Source: Nanobdellota archaeon
Lineage (GTDB): Archaea > Nanobdellota > Nanobdellia > Parvarchaeales > Parvarchaeaceae
Direction: 5' to 3'
Length of the DNA stretch: 64,000 nt
Assembly: GCA_021802505.1 (NCBI GenBank)
Contig: JAJZXE010000001.1
Coordinates: 35,683-99,682 of the forward strand
A model generated the notes under the pieces. The model was not told where the DNA came from. It searched no databases and saw only the letters and a list, made by a program, of their open reading frames with translations. Position numbers and translations under genes: made by a program. Shown here one piece after another: positions 1 through 7,979 of the stretch; position 1 is the stretch's first letter, and each line of letters starts with the position of its first letter.

Positions 1-1
1 C

Positions 2-1534
2 GCGGTCAAATCGACACTGGGTCCTAGAGGAATGGACAAGATGCTCGTAGACAACATAGGAGACATAACTATAACAAATGACGGCGTCACCGTTTTAAAG
101 AACATGGAGATAGAGAACCCAGCGGCAAAGATGATAGTAGAGGTCGCAAAAACCCAGGAAGAAGAAGTGGGAGACGGTACGACTACAGCGGTAATCATAG
201 CGGGAGAGCTCTTGAAGAACGCGGAAACACTGCTGGACCAGAGTATACATCCGACTTTGATAGCAAGAGGTTACAGACTGGCGGGAAATAAGGCGCAGGA
301 GATTTTAGATAAGATAAAACTGAAGCTTGATCTTTCAAATAAAGATGATCTAGGACGAATAGTAAAGACTGCTATAATAGGAAAAAGCACCGGTGCCGAT
401 TCTCACATAGTGTCATTAATAGTAGAAGCCGTCCAGCATGTGAAATCAATGTCCAAAGATAACGATACTCTTGATTTGGATGATATAAAGGTCGAAAAGA
501 AGGTCGGCGGCGGATTGCTTGATTCAAGGATGATTAGTGGAGTTTTAATAGACAAGGAAAAAGTGCATCCGGATATGCCAGATGAGATCAGGAATGCAAA
601 GGTTGCACTGTTGAATCTTGCGTTGGAGATAGAGAAAACGAATATCGATGCGCAGATAAGGATAGAAAAGCCGGAGCAGCTGCAGGCCTTCCTGGACGAG
701 GAAGAGAACATGCTGAAAGAGATGGTTGAGAAGATAAAGGCTTCGGGCGCAAATGTAGTGGTAGTGCAGAAAGGCATAGACGATGCCGCGCAGCACTTCC
801 TTTCAAAAGCTGGCATCCTTGCGTTCAGACGGGTATCCGAAAGCGATATGAAAAAGATAGGAAAAGCCACAGGTGCAAAAGTCGTTGCGACTCTGGATGA
901 ACTTGGAGCGGACAGTCTGGGAGAGGCCGGTTTAGTGCACGTCGAAAAACTCGCGGGTGAGACTCTTGCATTGATAGAAGAGTGCAAAAATCCGAAAGCG
1001 GTTACAATTCTTATAAGAGGCGGGACTGAGCACGTCGTGGATGAGATACAGAGGGCCATTGAGGACAGTCTCGGCGATCTTAAATCTGTGATAGAGGATG
1101 CCGGTTCGATAGTTGCAGGAGGCGGATCAGCCGAATTGGAAGTTTCGAAGAATCTAAGGGATTTTGCAAAGGGATTAGAGGGCAGAGAGCAGCTTGCCGT
1201 TAATGCATTTGCAGATGCTCTAGAGGTGGTTCCAAAAACCTTGTCGGAGAATGCTGGTCTGGATCCAATAGATATACTCGTGGAGCTGAGAGCCGAGCAC
1301 CAGAAAGGCAAGACGTGGGCCGGTGTAAATTTACTTGATGTATATAAGCCGCAGGTATCTGATATGTATAAAGAAGGCGTCATCGAGCCTTTAAGAACCA
1401 AGAAACAGGCGATAAAAAGTGCAAGCGAAGTCGCTGTCATGATTCTAAGGATCGATGACATAATCGCAGCCGGCAAGTCTGCCAATCAGCAGCCGCAGAT
1501 GCCGCCGGGCGGAATGGGAGGATACGGTGATTAA
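2..1534 (+). CDS. ths: Thermosome subunit (group II chaperonin), 5' end cut by window edge
   Basis: Frame is open from base 2 ([17 protein letters not shown]...). Has GDGTTT nucleotide-binding motif, VAGGGSAE motif and a C-terminal GGMGGYGD tail. TAA stop at 1532-1534. Confidence 0.95.
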   Translation, partial: AVKSTLGPRGMDKMLVDNIGDITITNDGVTVLKNMEIENPAAKMIVEVAKTQEEEVGDGTTTAVIIAGELLKNAETLLDQSIHPTLIARGYRLAGNKAQEILDKIKLKLDLSNKDDLGRIVKTAIIGKSTGADSHIVSLIVEAVQHVKSMSKDNDTLDLDDIKVEKKVGGGLLDSRMISGVLIDKEKVHPDMPDEIRNAKVALLNLALEIEKTNIDAQIRIEKPEQLQAFLDEEENMLKEMVEKIKASGANVVVVQKGIDDAAQHFLSKAGILAFRRVSESDMKKIGKATGAKVVATLDELGADSLGEAGLVHVEKLAGETLALIEECKNPKAVTILIRGGTEHVVDEIQRAIEDSLGDLKSVIEDAGSIVAGGGSAELEVSKNLRDFAKGLEGREQLAVNAFADALEVVPKTLSENAGLDPIDILVELRAEHQKGKTWAGVNLLDVYKPQVSDMYKEGVIEPLRTKKQAIKSASEVAVMILRIDDIIAAGKSANQQPQMPPGGMGGYGD

Positions 1535-1535
1535 A

Positions 1536-1772
1536 ATGTCAGAAAATGTTTTGAGTAGGCCTTTGGATTTGTTGAATTCTGCCAGGGGAAAGATGGTTTT
1601 AGTGGAATTAAAAAACGGCCACGCAATAACCGGTAAGTTAATCGCGTTTGATGTCCATATAAATGTGACTCTGGAAAACGCGGAAGAAAAAAAGGATGCG
1701 GATACCTTGAGAAAATTGGGAAATGTCTTCATAAGGGGTGACACGATAATCCTTATCTCGCCGACTATATGA
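1536..1772 (+). CDS. Sm-like archaeal protein (SmAP/LSm)
   Basis: Sm1/Sm2 pattern: VLVELKNGHAITGKLIAFDVHINVTLENAEE ... NVFIRGDTIILISP. ATG at 1536 is preferred over the GTG at 1527 used by the ORF track. ATGA overlap with the downstream L37e gene, a conserved archaeal Sm-L37e pair. Confidence 0.9.
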   Translation: MSENVLSRPLDLLNSARGKMVLVELKNGHAITGKLIAFDVHINVTLENAEEKKDADTLRKLGNVFIRGDTIILISPTI

Positions 1773-1951
1773 GCACGGCTTCAATGGGTCTGCACAACAG
1801 AAAGCAGCCGCATGTCAGATGCAGGAGGTGCGGTAAGGAGTCTTATCTGAAAAGAAAGCATTACTGTTCGCACTGCGGTTATGGGAAGACAGCAAAGATA
1901 AAGGCATATTCCTGGAACAACAAGACAGCGAACGGAAAAAGAAAAGATTAA
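1769..1951 (+). CDS. rpl37e: 50S ribosomal protein L37e
   Basis: HVRCRRCGKESYLKRKHYCSHCGYGKTAKIKAYSW zinc-ribbon signature of L37e. 60 aa. Confidence 0.93.
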   Translation: MSTASMGLHNRKQPHVRCRRCGKESYLKRKHYCSHCGYGKTAKIKAYSWNNKTANGKRKD

Positions 1952-1955
1952 TAAA

Positions 1956-2672
1956 ATGTCAGAAAAGATAAAAGCAAAGGCTTTGATATTTGATTTTGAT
2001 AATACCCTGGTTGATACCCATACCGCTATAAGCGGTGCATATTCCGAAATAATAAAAAGGTTATCAGAGCGGTTCGATTTAGAAGATGAAAGACTTAAAG
2101 AGGAGATATTCAAGGCGCAGAGGGAAGTTATAGACGACGTTCCTCTGGAAAAAAGAGAATACGACAGGAAAAAAGTCATAAAAAAACTTAATGAAAATCT
2201 CGCTTTCGGGCTGGATGAGAAGGAAGTAAATGAACTGGCGGAACTGTTCTATGAGTTTATTCTTGAAAAGATAACCTATCCGGAGTACACGGAAGAAATA
2301 CTTGAGACATTGAAGAAAAAAGGCAAGAAACTGGGGCTTCTGACGAGTTCGGATGTAAGACCGGGGTTGAAAAAAGAGCGGCTTAACAGGCTTGGTTTTA
2401 CAAGGCTTTTTGATGCGGTTATAATCGCCGGGGAAACAATACCGCAGAGAAAGAACAGCCCGATACCGTTTATAGAGCTTTCCCGTCTTCTGGGGGTAAA
2501 ACCGGCAGAGACCGTTGTAATAGGTGACAGGGCGGATTCAGATATAGACAATGCAAAAGAGGCAGGCATGAAAGCCATTCTTATAAATAAGTATTTAGCG
2601 CCAAATCAGGGCAGATACGAACCGGATTATACCATACACGATATCAAAGAACTTCTTTATATCATAGACTGA
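1956..2672 (+). CDS. HAD-superfamily hydrolase
   Basis: Motif I LIFDFDNTLVDT (DxDxT), motif II LLTSS, motif IV VVIGDRADSDIDNA. Confidence 0.8.
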   Translation: MSEKIKAKALIFDFDNTLVDTHTAISGAYSEIIKRLSERFDLEDERLKEEIFKAQREVIDDVPLEKREYDRKKVIKKLNENLAFGLDEKEVNELAELFYEFILEKITYPEYTEEILETLKKKGKKLGLLTSSDVRPGLKKERLNRLGFTRLFDAVIIAGETIPQRKNSPIPFIELSRLLGVKPAETVVIGDRADSDIDNAKEAGMKAILINKYLAPNQGRYEPDYTIHDIKELLYIID

Positions 2673-2874
2673 TCCGCTTCAACCAATAACTTGAAGGAAT
2701 TTCTATAGTTTGCTGCAGATATTAGTGGGGTTGTACCTTTAGCGATATTGAAGACCATAAAATAAATTTCAATCTTTGTTCAATTTAGGTGTACTTTTAT
2801 ATGAGAGGGTTTCCAGCGAACTTGTTAAAGTAAGTGACCAAAATATAGATAAATAACAAATTCCTGCTGATATA

Positions 2875-4017
2875 ATGGCAGAATTGAATGTTACCCCCTG
2901 GGAAGTTTCGGGAGAGCTTAATGATGAGTCATATAACCGCTTGGTGAAAAAGTTCGGCGTAGACCTCATAAGTGATGCTCTTCTTGAAAGAATAAATATG
3001 ATAGCAAAGGGGAAATTACATCCATTTCTGAAAAAAAAGATATTCTTTGCACACAGGGAACTTAACCTTATACTGGATGATTATGAAAAAGGCAATCCAT
3101 TCTATCTGTACACAGGAAGGGGCCCGTCCGGAAAGATGCACATCGGCCATCTTTTACCTTTTACGTTTACACTGTGGCTGCAGAGGACTTTTAATGCTCA
3201 TCTGCTGATACAGTTGACAGACGATGAAAAGTTTCTTGTGAAAGATACAAGCAAGAAAGAGATAGCAGGTTTTACCAATGAGAATGTGATTGATATACTC
3301 AGTTTGGGCTTCGATCCAAAGAAAACACACGTTATATCGGATTATCAGCAGGCCAAGACGCTTTATTATTATGCTACAGACGTGGCAAAACATGTGACAG
3401 TTTCAACCATAAAGGCGGTATTTGGGATGACGGACAGCGATAACATCGGCAAGCTGTTCTTCCCGGCGATGCAGATAGTCCCTGCGTTCCTTCTGCCGGC
3501 GATAACCGGAAAAAAGATGCGGTGTCTTATACCGTATGCAATAGACCAGGATCCCTACTTTAGAGTCGCAAGAGACGTTCTTCCAAAGTTAGGGTATTAC
3601 AAGCCTTCTTCGATAATCTCCAAGTTTCTCCCCGCCTTGCAGGGCAATTCCGCAAAGATGTCCTCTTCAAAGGCCGAGAGTGCCATATTTTTGGATGACA
3701 GCAGGGAAACTGTCAGGAAAAAACTCATGAAATATGCCTATTCCGGGGGCAGGGACACCGCAGAAGAACAGCGAAAACACGGCGCCAATCCTGATATAGA
3801 CTTTTCTTTCCTGGAATACAGCTTTTTAGAGGAGGATCAGAAAAAGGTGGATGAGATTTACAGGAAATATAAATCCGGAGATATACTGAGCGGGGAAATG
3901 AAGGCAATTGCGGCGGATAAAATTTCAGATTTTCTTGAAGGTATACGGGAAAGAAGGGAAAGGATAAAAGAAAATTTAAACGATTACATGTTCGATGAGA
4001 GAAAACTTAATTTTTAG
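2875..4017 (+). CDS. trpS: Tryptophanyl-tRNA synthetase (archaeal/eukaryotic type)
   Basis: Class I motifs: TGRGPSGKMHIGHLLPF (HIGH) and KMSSSK (KMSKS variant). N-terminal VTPWEVSG...YNRLVKKFG is typical of archaeal TrpRS. 380 aa. Confidence 0.85.
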   Translation: MAELNVTPWEVSGELNDESYNRLVKKFGVDLISDALLERINMIAKGKLHPFLKKKIFFAHRELNLILDDYEKGNPFYLYTGRGPSGKMHIGHLLPFTFTLWLQRTFNAHLLIQLTDDEKFLVKDTSKKEIAGFTNENVIDILSLGFDPKKTHVISDYQQAKTLYYYATDVAKHVTVSTIKAVFGMTDSDNIGKLFFPAMQIVPAFLLPAITGKKMRCLIPYAIDQDPYFRVARDVLPKLGYYKPSSIISKFLPALQGNSAKMSSSKAESAIFLDDSRETVRKKLMKYAYSGGRDTAEEQRKHGANPDIDFSFLEYSFLEEDQKKVDEIYRKYKSGDILSGEMKAIAADKISDFLEGIRERRERIKENLNDYMFDERKLNF

Positions 4018-4142
4018 CTGTACGGCTTTTACTTTTTAGCAATGCAACAACATCGGCCGGTTCCACAGCCCGCAATCTATAGGCATTGTTTCTATTAACA
4101 AAAAGTATTTATATTAATAATTATATATAATTATTAGTAATT

Positions 4143-4364
4143 ATGGAAGAACAAAAATTTACAACGGTATCCATTCCCAAGCCTTTGGCGGATAAGGCAA
4201 AAAAATTTATAGGGGAAACAGGGTTTACTTCTCTTTCAAGTTTTGTTGAATATCTTTTAAGGGAAATAGTTTCCGAAAGCAGTGAAGAAAACAAGGGGAA
4301 GAAAGGAAAGGATGAAAAAGTCCTTGATCTTGAGGACAAGCTCAGAAGACTGGGCTATATGTAG
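4143..4364 (+). CDS. Ribbon-helix-helix (CopG/Arc-like) small protein
   Basis: TTVSIPKPLADKAKKFIGETGFTSLSSFVEYLLREIV fits a beta-strand plus two helices. Charged linker follows, with C-terminal tail LRRLGYM. A GGAGGT ribosome-binding site for the next gene lies directly after the stop. Confidence 0.55.
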   Translation: MEEQKFTTVSIPKPLADKAKKFIGETGFTSLSSFVEYLLREIVSESSEENKGKKGKDEKVLDLEDKLRRLGYM

Positions 4365-4372
4365 GAGGTAAC

Positions 4373-5203
4373 ATGGAAAATGAACAGAATGTAGCTAAAA
4401 AACAGAGAGTAGAGGGAGGATTAAGCCTGGATGCAAAAGAAGAGATAGCTCTGGTAGTGATAAAAGATGCGCTGAAAAGGTATACCAGGCCGACAGTTGT
4501 CTGGAGCGCAGGAAAGGACAGCACAGTGGTTTTGGATCTAGTAAGGAGGGCGTGCAAGGAATTAAACATGCAGCTGCCTCCAGCGCTGTTCATAGACCAC
4601 GGTCAGCATTACGACGAAACCATGAAAATGCTCGAGGATATCAGCAAAGAATGGAATTTCAAGATGGTTTACGCCAGGAACGACGACATATTAAATAACG
4701 TGGGAAAAGACAACATGATAAAACTCGCCAGCCTGAACAAGCTTAATCAGGATGAGGCGAAAAGGATAGGTTTTACCGGAGAGGAATTCGAATACAGCCT
4801 GGAAACGGAAGTTGGAAACCATCTGCTAAAAACCGTTGCAATGAATCTTGCGATAGAAAAGTACAGGTTTGACGCCCTGTTCACCGGCGTTAGGTGGGAT
4901 GAAAACGATGCGAGGTCCATGGAGGTCTTCATAAGTCCGAGGTCCAATCCCCAGCACGTAAGAGTACAGCCGATCCTGCCGTTTGCAGAGAGGAATGTGT
5001 GGGAATACACATTTAAGTACAATCTGCCGATGCACCCCTTGTATAAATTGGGATACAGGTCGATAGATGGGAAACTGGATTCAAAGAAAACCAGCGATCT
5101 GCCGGCATGGGAGCAGGATCTTGAGCACACCAAAGAAAGGGCGGGGAGATCGCAGGATAAGGAGGGAGTGATGGAAAAGCTAAGGCTTTTCGGCTACATG
5201 TAA
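4373..5203 (+). CDS. PAPS reductase / CysD-family PP-loop ATP pyrophosphatase-like protein
   Basis: PP-loop-like VVWSAGKDSTVVLDL. Length is right for the family, and the C-terminal ERAGRSQDKEGVMEKLRLFGYM resembles CysD-type tails. No CysN partner lies nearby. Confidence 0.7.
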   Translation: MENEQNVAKKQRVEGGLSLDAKEEIALVVIKDALKRYTRPTVVWSAGKDSTVVLDLVRRACKELNMQLPPALFIDHGQHYDETMKMLEDISKEWNFKMVYARNDDILNNVGKDNMIKLASLNKLNQDEAKRIGFTGEEFEYSLETEVGNHLLKTVAMNLAIEKYRFDALFTGVRWDENDARSMEVFISPRSNPQHVRVQPILPFAERNVWEYTFKYNLPMHPLYKLGYRSIDGKLDSKKTSDLPAWEQDLEHTKERAGRSQDKEGVMEKLRLFGYM

Positions 5204-5204
5204 A

Positions 5205-5642
5205 ATGGGACAAAATTCACTGTACGATTTATTGCTGGAGAAAAGCAAAGACGGCAAAAATGCGCTAAATGTCAGAAATAAACGCAGATACGCCGTTTTT
5301 TATACGGAAAATAAGGCAGGATACATCATAAATCAAAAGTACCTTGATGATTATAAATCCGCGAAGAAGGCGGTTTATTCCATTATACGCAGCGCCTTTG
5401 GATGCTACAAAAACGACAGGGCTAAAAACATTGAAATATTGGCTGACAGCTGCCGGGAAGCCGAAAGGCTTGAAAAAGCGAAAAAAGAACTCGAGGAAAG
5501 CTATGCTTTTAGAGGCACGGATGCTGGCTTTTATGAGGTGCCCATTCTGGGGAGCGCGTTGGATTTTTCCGTCAGCAACGTTTCCATTAAAGTCGTAGAT
5601 CCCTCGGAGTTCATAAAGATCATTGCGGATATGGCCAGCTAA
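5205..5642 (+). CDS. Hypothetical protein (third gene of the RHH / PAPS-reductase-like operon)
   Basis: 145-aa ORF. The ATG sits 1 nt after the upstream stop. I recognise no family. Confidence 0.45.
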   Translation: MGQNSLYDLLLEKSKDGKNALNVRNKRRYAVFYTENKAGYIINQKYLDDYKSAKKAVYSIIRSAFGCYKNDRAKNIEILADSCREAERLEKAKKELEESYAFRGTDAGFYEVPILGSALDFSVSNVSIKVVDPSEFIKIIADMAS

Positions 5643-5712
5643 CCTCTAAAACCGTATAAATATGCATAGGTAGTTATAAATATTAAAAAGAATTATTAAA
5701 GTAATTTACGAC

Positions 5713-5811
5713 GGCCTGGTAGCTTAGCCCGGCAGAGCACTGCTCTTATATGGGTATGCTCCAACATTTTAGGTAAAGCAGGGGTCCCGAGTCCAAATCT
5801 CGGCCAGGCCA
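5713..5811 (+). tRNA. tRNA-Ile (anticodon UAU) with a 25-nt canonical intron (5751..5775)
   Basis: Acceptor GGCCTGG/CCAGGCC, D arm GCTT-AGCCCGGCA-GAGC, anticodon stem CTGCT/AGCAG, loop C-T-TAT-A|intron|A, T arm CCGAG-TCCAAAT-CTCGG, discriminator A. Exon CTTA pairs with intron TAGG as the 4-bp splice helix. Confidence 0.8.
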
Positions 5812-5909
5812 TAATTTTCAGTGGTTTTGGTAGTGTTGGAAATTACGGTCTTAAGCACAAAGATTAAATACTTTTCCTGCTCATAGATACTCTGTTTCAT
5901 GGAGGTAAA

Positions 5910-6212
5910 ATGGAAAGAAACTTTTTGGAAAGAATAGTAAAAACGATAAAGCTTGTTGACGGTGCTGGTTATTCGGAGGAAACCGCCAAAAAACTGAATG
6001 TTATGTACTCTAAGTACGGAACGGGGGCGGTTCTGGACCTGGCAAACAAAATGCTGGAAGAACGCGCGGATAATATCCTTACAAGGTATAACTTAAAAAC
6101 CGTGAACGACACCGCAAAGGTGCTTACTTACCTGGAGTTGTATAACGAGATAAAAGAAAAAAGATCATTTTATGAAAGCAGGGAAAACGGCATAACGCGC
6201 CGATTAATCTAA
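5910..6212 (+). CDS. Hypothetical protein
   Basis: 100-aa ORF preceded by GGAGGT. No family recognised. Confidence 0.4.
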   Translation: MERNFLERIVKTIKLVDGAGYSEETAKKLNVMYSKYGTGAVLDLANKMLEERADNILTRYNLKTVNDTAKVLTYLELYNEIKEKRSFYESRENGITRRLI

Positions 6213-6353
6213 AATTGTCAGAAAGATAGCTTTATAAATAGATCCTTTCTTATAATGGAGTAGAGGAATGATGTTAGGGGGTTCTATTAGGAGTTTGTTT
6301 TTGATTCAAATATTCTCTTGTGGAAACTCTAAACTTCATTCTTAAGGAGGGAC

Positions 6354-6491
6354 ATGGCAAAATTCGAAAGACGAATGTATAAAGCTGTATGCTCTGATTG
6401 CGGGAAGGAAACGGAAGTTCCGTTCCAGCCACAGGAAGGCAGACCAGTTTATTGCAGAGACTGCTATAGCAAGAGAAAAGGAACTCAGTAA
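6354..6491 (+). CDS. CxxC-x17-CxxC zinc-ribbon small protein (45 aa, absent from the ORF track)
   Basis: Manual translation gives MAKFERRMYKAVCSDCGKETEVPFQPQEGRPVYCRDCYSKRKGTQ*. AAGGAGGG lies 3 nt upstream of the ATG. The pattern CSDCG...VPF.P..GRPVYCRDCY matches the widespread CxxC-x17-CxxC domain family. Confidence 0.8.
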   Translation: MAKFERRMYKAVCSDCGKETEVPFQPQEGRPVYCRDCYSKRKGTQ

Positions 6492-6498
6492 ATTCCTA

Positions 6499-6545
6499 TT
6501 TTTAGCTAAATAGTCTAAAACATTAAAGTTTATTTTATTTTTTTT
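6499..6545 (+). terminator. Oligo-T tracts downstream of the zinc-ribbon ORF (putative archaeal terminator)
   Basis: A T5 run at 6499-6503 and a T-rich stretch at 6529-6545 (including T8) lie in the convergent gap before lysS. Confidence 0.35.
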
Positions 6546-6548
6546 AAA

Positions 6549-7979
6549 TTAATCTTCCAAGGTTCTCAGCTGCGGGAACGGTATTATCTCCTTTATATTT
6601 CTTGAATCAGTACCTATCATCTGCAGCCTGTCTATGCCTATGCCGACCCCGCCGGCGGGAGGCATACCGTATCCCATCGCTTCTATAAAATCCCTGTCAA
6701 ATTCCTGCGTCTCGTCTATCCCCCTGTTTTTACGCCTCGCTTCCTCTTCAAATCTGGCTATCTGGTCGATCGGATCGTTAAGTTCCGAAAAGGCATTGGC
6801 GACTTCCATGCCCGCTATGTAGAGCTCAAATCTGTACACAAATCTCGGGTCGTCCTCCGTCTTTTTTGCGAGAGGAGATACCTCTATCGGAAATCTCGTT
6901 ACAAATACTGGATCGGAGATATTGTCGGAAATCTCCGCCTCGAATATGGCGTTTACCGCGTCTCCGTACGAATTAACCTTGTCATCGAGCTGTTTTCCTC
7001 TTTTTATTATTTCTTCCTCATTTTCAGTTTTTGTCCTTTCCTTTACAAGTTCTTCCATTGTTTTTATCTGGAATTTCGACAGGTCAATCATTTTTTCCCC
7101 GAATTTCACCTTGTAGGTGCCGTTTGCCGCGTATATGGATTCCTTGACTATCTCTTCTGTAAGCTGCAGCATCGTGCTTAAATCGCCGTAGGCCTGATAC
7201 GCCTCAAGCATTATGAACTCCGGATTATGCCTTACGTCAATCCCTTCGTTTCTGAAGTTTTTGCTTATGTCAAATACCCTCTCAAATCCGCCGACAAGCA
7301 GTCTTTTGAGGTACAATTCCGATGCTATCTTCAGGTAAAAATCCCTGTCAAGGGAATTATAGTGTGTAACGAAGGGCTTTGCATTAGCACCGCCTGGTAT
7401 CGGCTGCAGTATCGGTACCACCACCTCGGTGTATCCCCTTTTATCGAGTATATTCCTTATCTTTGAAAGCATTACGCTTCCTTTTTTTATCTTTTCAAGC
7501 GAGCTTCTGTTTATTATGAAATCAAGATATCTTTTTCTGTATCTTTTTTCCGTGTCTTCCAGGCCGTACCATCTAGAAGGCAGGGGCAGAAGCGATTTGC
7601 TTAGCAGTATGATGCTCTTGGCATCCACAGAGATCTCATTTGTTTTCGTCTTAATTATGGTTCCGTTTATTCCTATGATATCGCCGACATCGAGTTCCTC
7701 CGCTGTCTTTACGGAATCGCCGTCGACATGTTTCTCCGAAAAGTAAATCTGTATGCTTCCCTTCTCATCCTGTATATCTATGAATTTTATCTGCCCGTGG
7801 TCCCTTTTCGCCATTATTCTCCCGGCGATGTTTGTTTCCTTTCCTTCAAGCCTGTCAAATTCCTGTTTTATGTCTATTGAATGCAAGTCTACATCGAACC
7901 TTCCTCCATAAGGAGTTATTCCCTTGTTAAGAAGTTTTTTAAGTTTTTCAAGTCTTTCCTTGTCGAATTCAAATTCCAT
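6549..7979 (-). CDS. lysS: Lysyl-tRNA synthetase, class II
   Basis: N-terminal OB anticodon-binding domain (IAGRIMAKRDHGQIKFIDIQDEKGSIQIYF). Class II motifs FRNEG, ELYIAGMEVANAFSELNDP and GMPPAGGVGIGIDRL. 476 aa. Confidence 0.85.
   Translation of the reverse strand: MEFEFDKERLEKLKKLLNKGITPYGGRFDVDLHSIDIKQEFDRLEGKETNIAGRIMAKRDHGQIKFIDIQDEKGSIQIYFSEKHVDGDSVKTAEELDVGDIIGINGTIIKTKTNEISVDAKSIILLSKSLLPLPSRWYGLEDTEKRYRKRYLDFIINRSSLEKIKKGSVMLSKIRNILDKRGYTEVVVPILQPIPGGANAKPFVTHYNSLDRDFYLKIASELYLKRLLVGGFERVFDISKNFRNEGIDVRHNPEFIMLEAYQAYGDLSTMLQLTEEIVKESIYAANGTYKVKFGEKMIDLSKFQIKTMEELVKERTKTENEEEIIKRGKQLDDKVNSYGDAVNAIFEAEISDNISDPVFVTRFPIEVSPLAKKTEDDPRFVYRFELYIAGMEVANAFSELNDPIDQIARFEEEARRKNRGIDETQEFDRDFIEAMGYGMPPAGGVGIGIDRLQMIGTDSRNIKEIIPFPQLRTLED

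Noticed and set aside
403-1485. A 360-aa reverse-strand ORF inside the thermosome gene
   Set aside because: It is an antisense shadow ORF with a low-complexity Ser/Ala/Thr-rich translation. The opposite strand encodes an unmistakable chaperonin.
6268-6345. A C-box-like AATGATG upstream of the zinc-ribbon ORF as a C/D sRNA
   Set aside because: No CUGA D box lies within the following roughly 80 nt.
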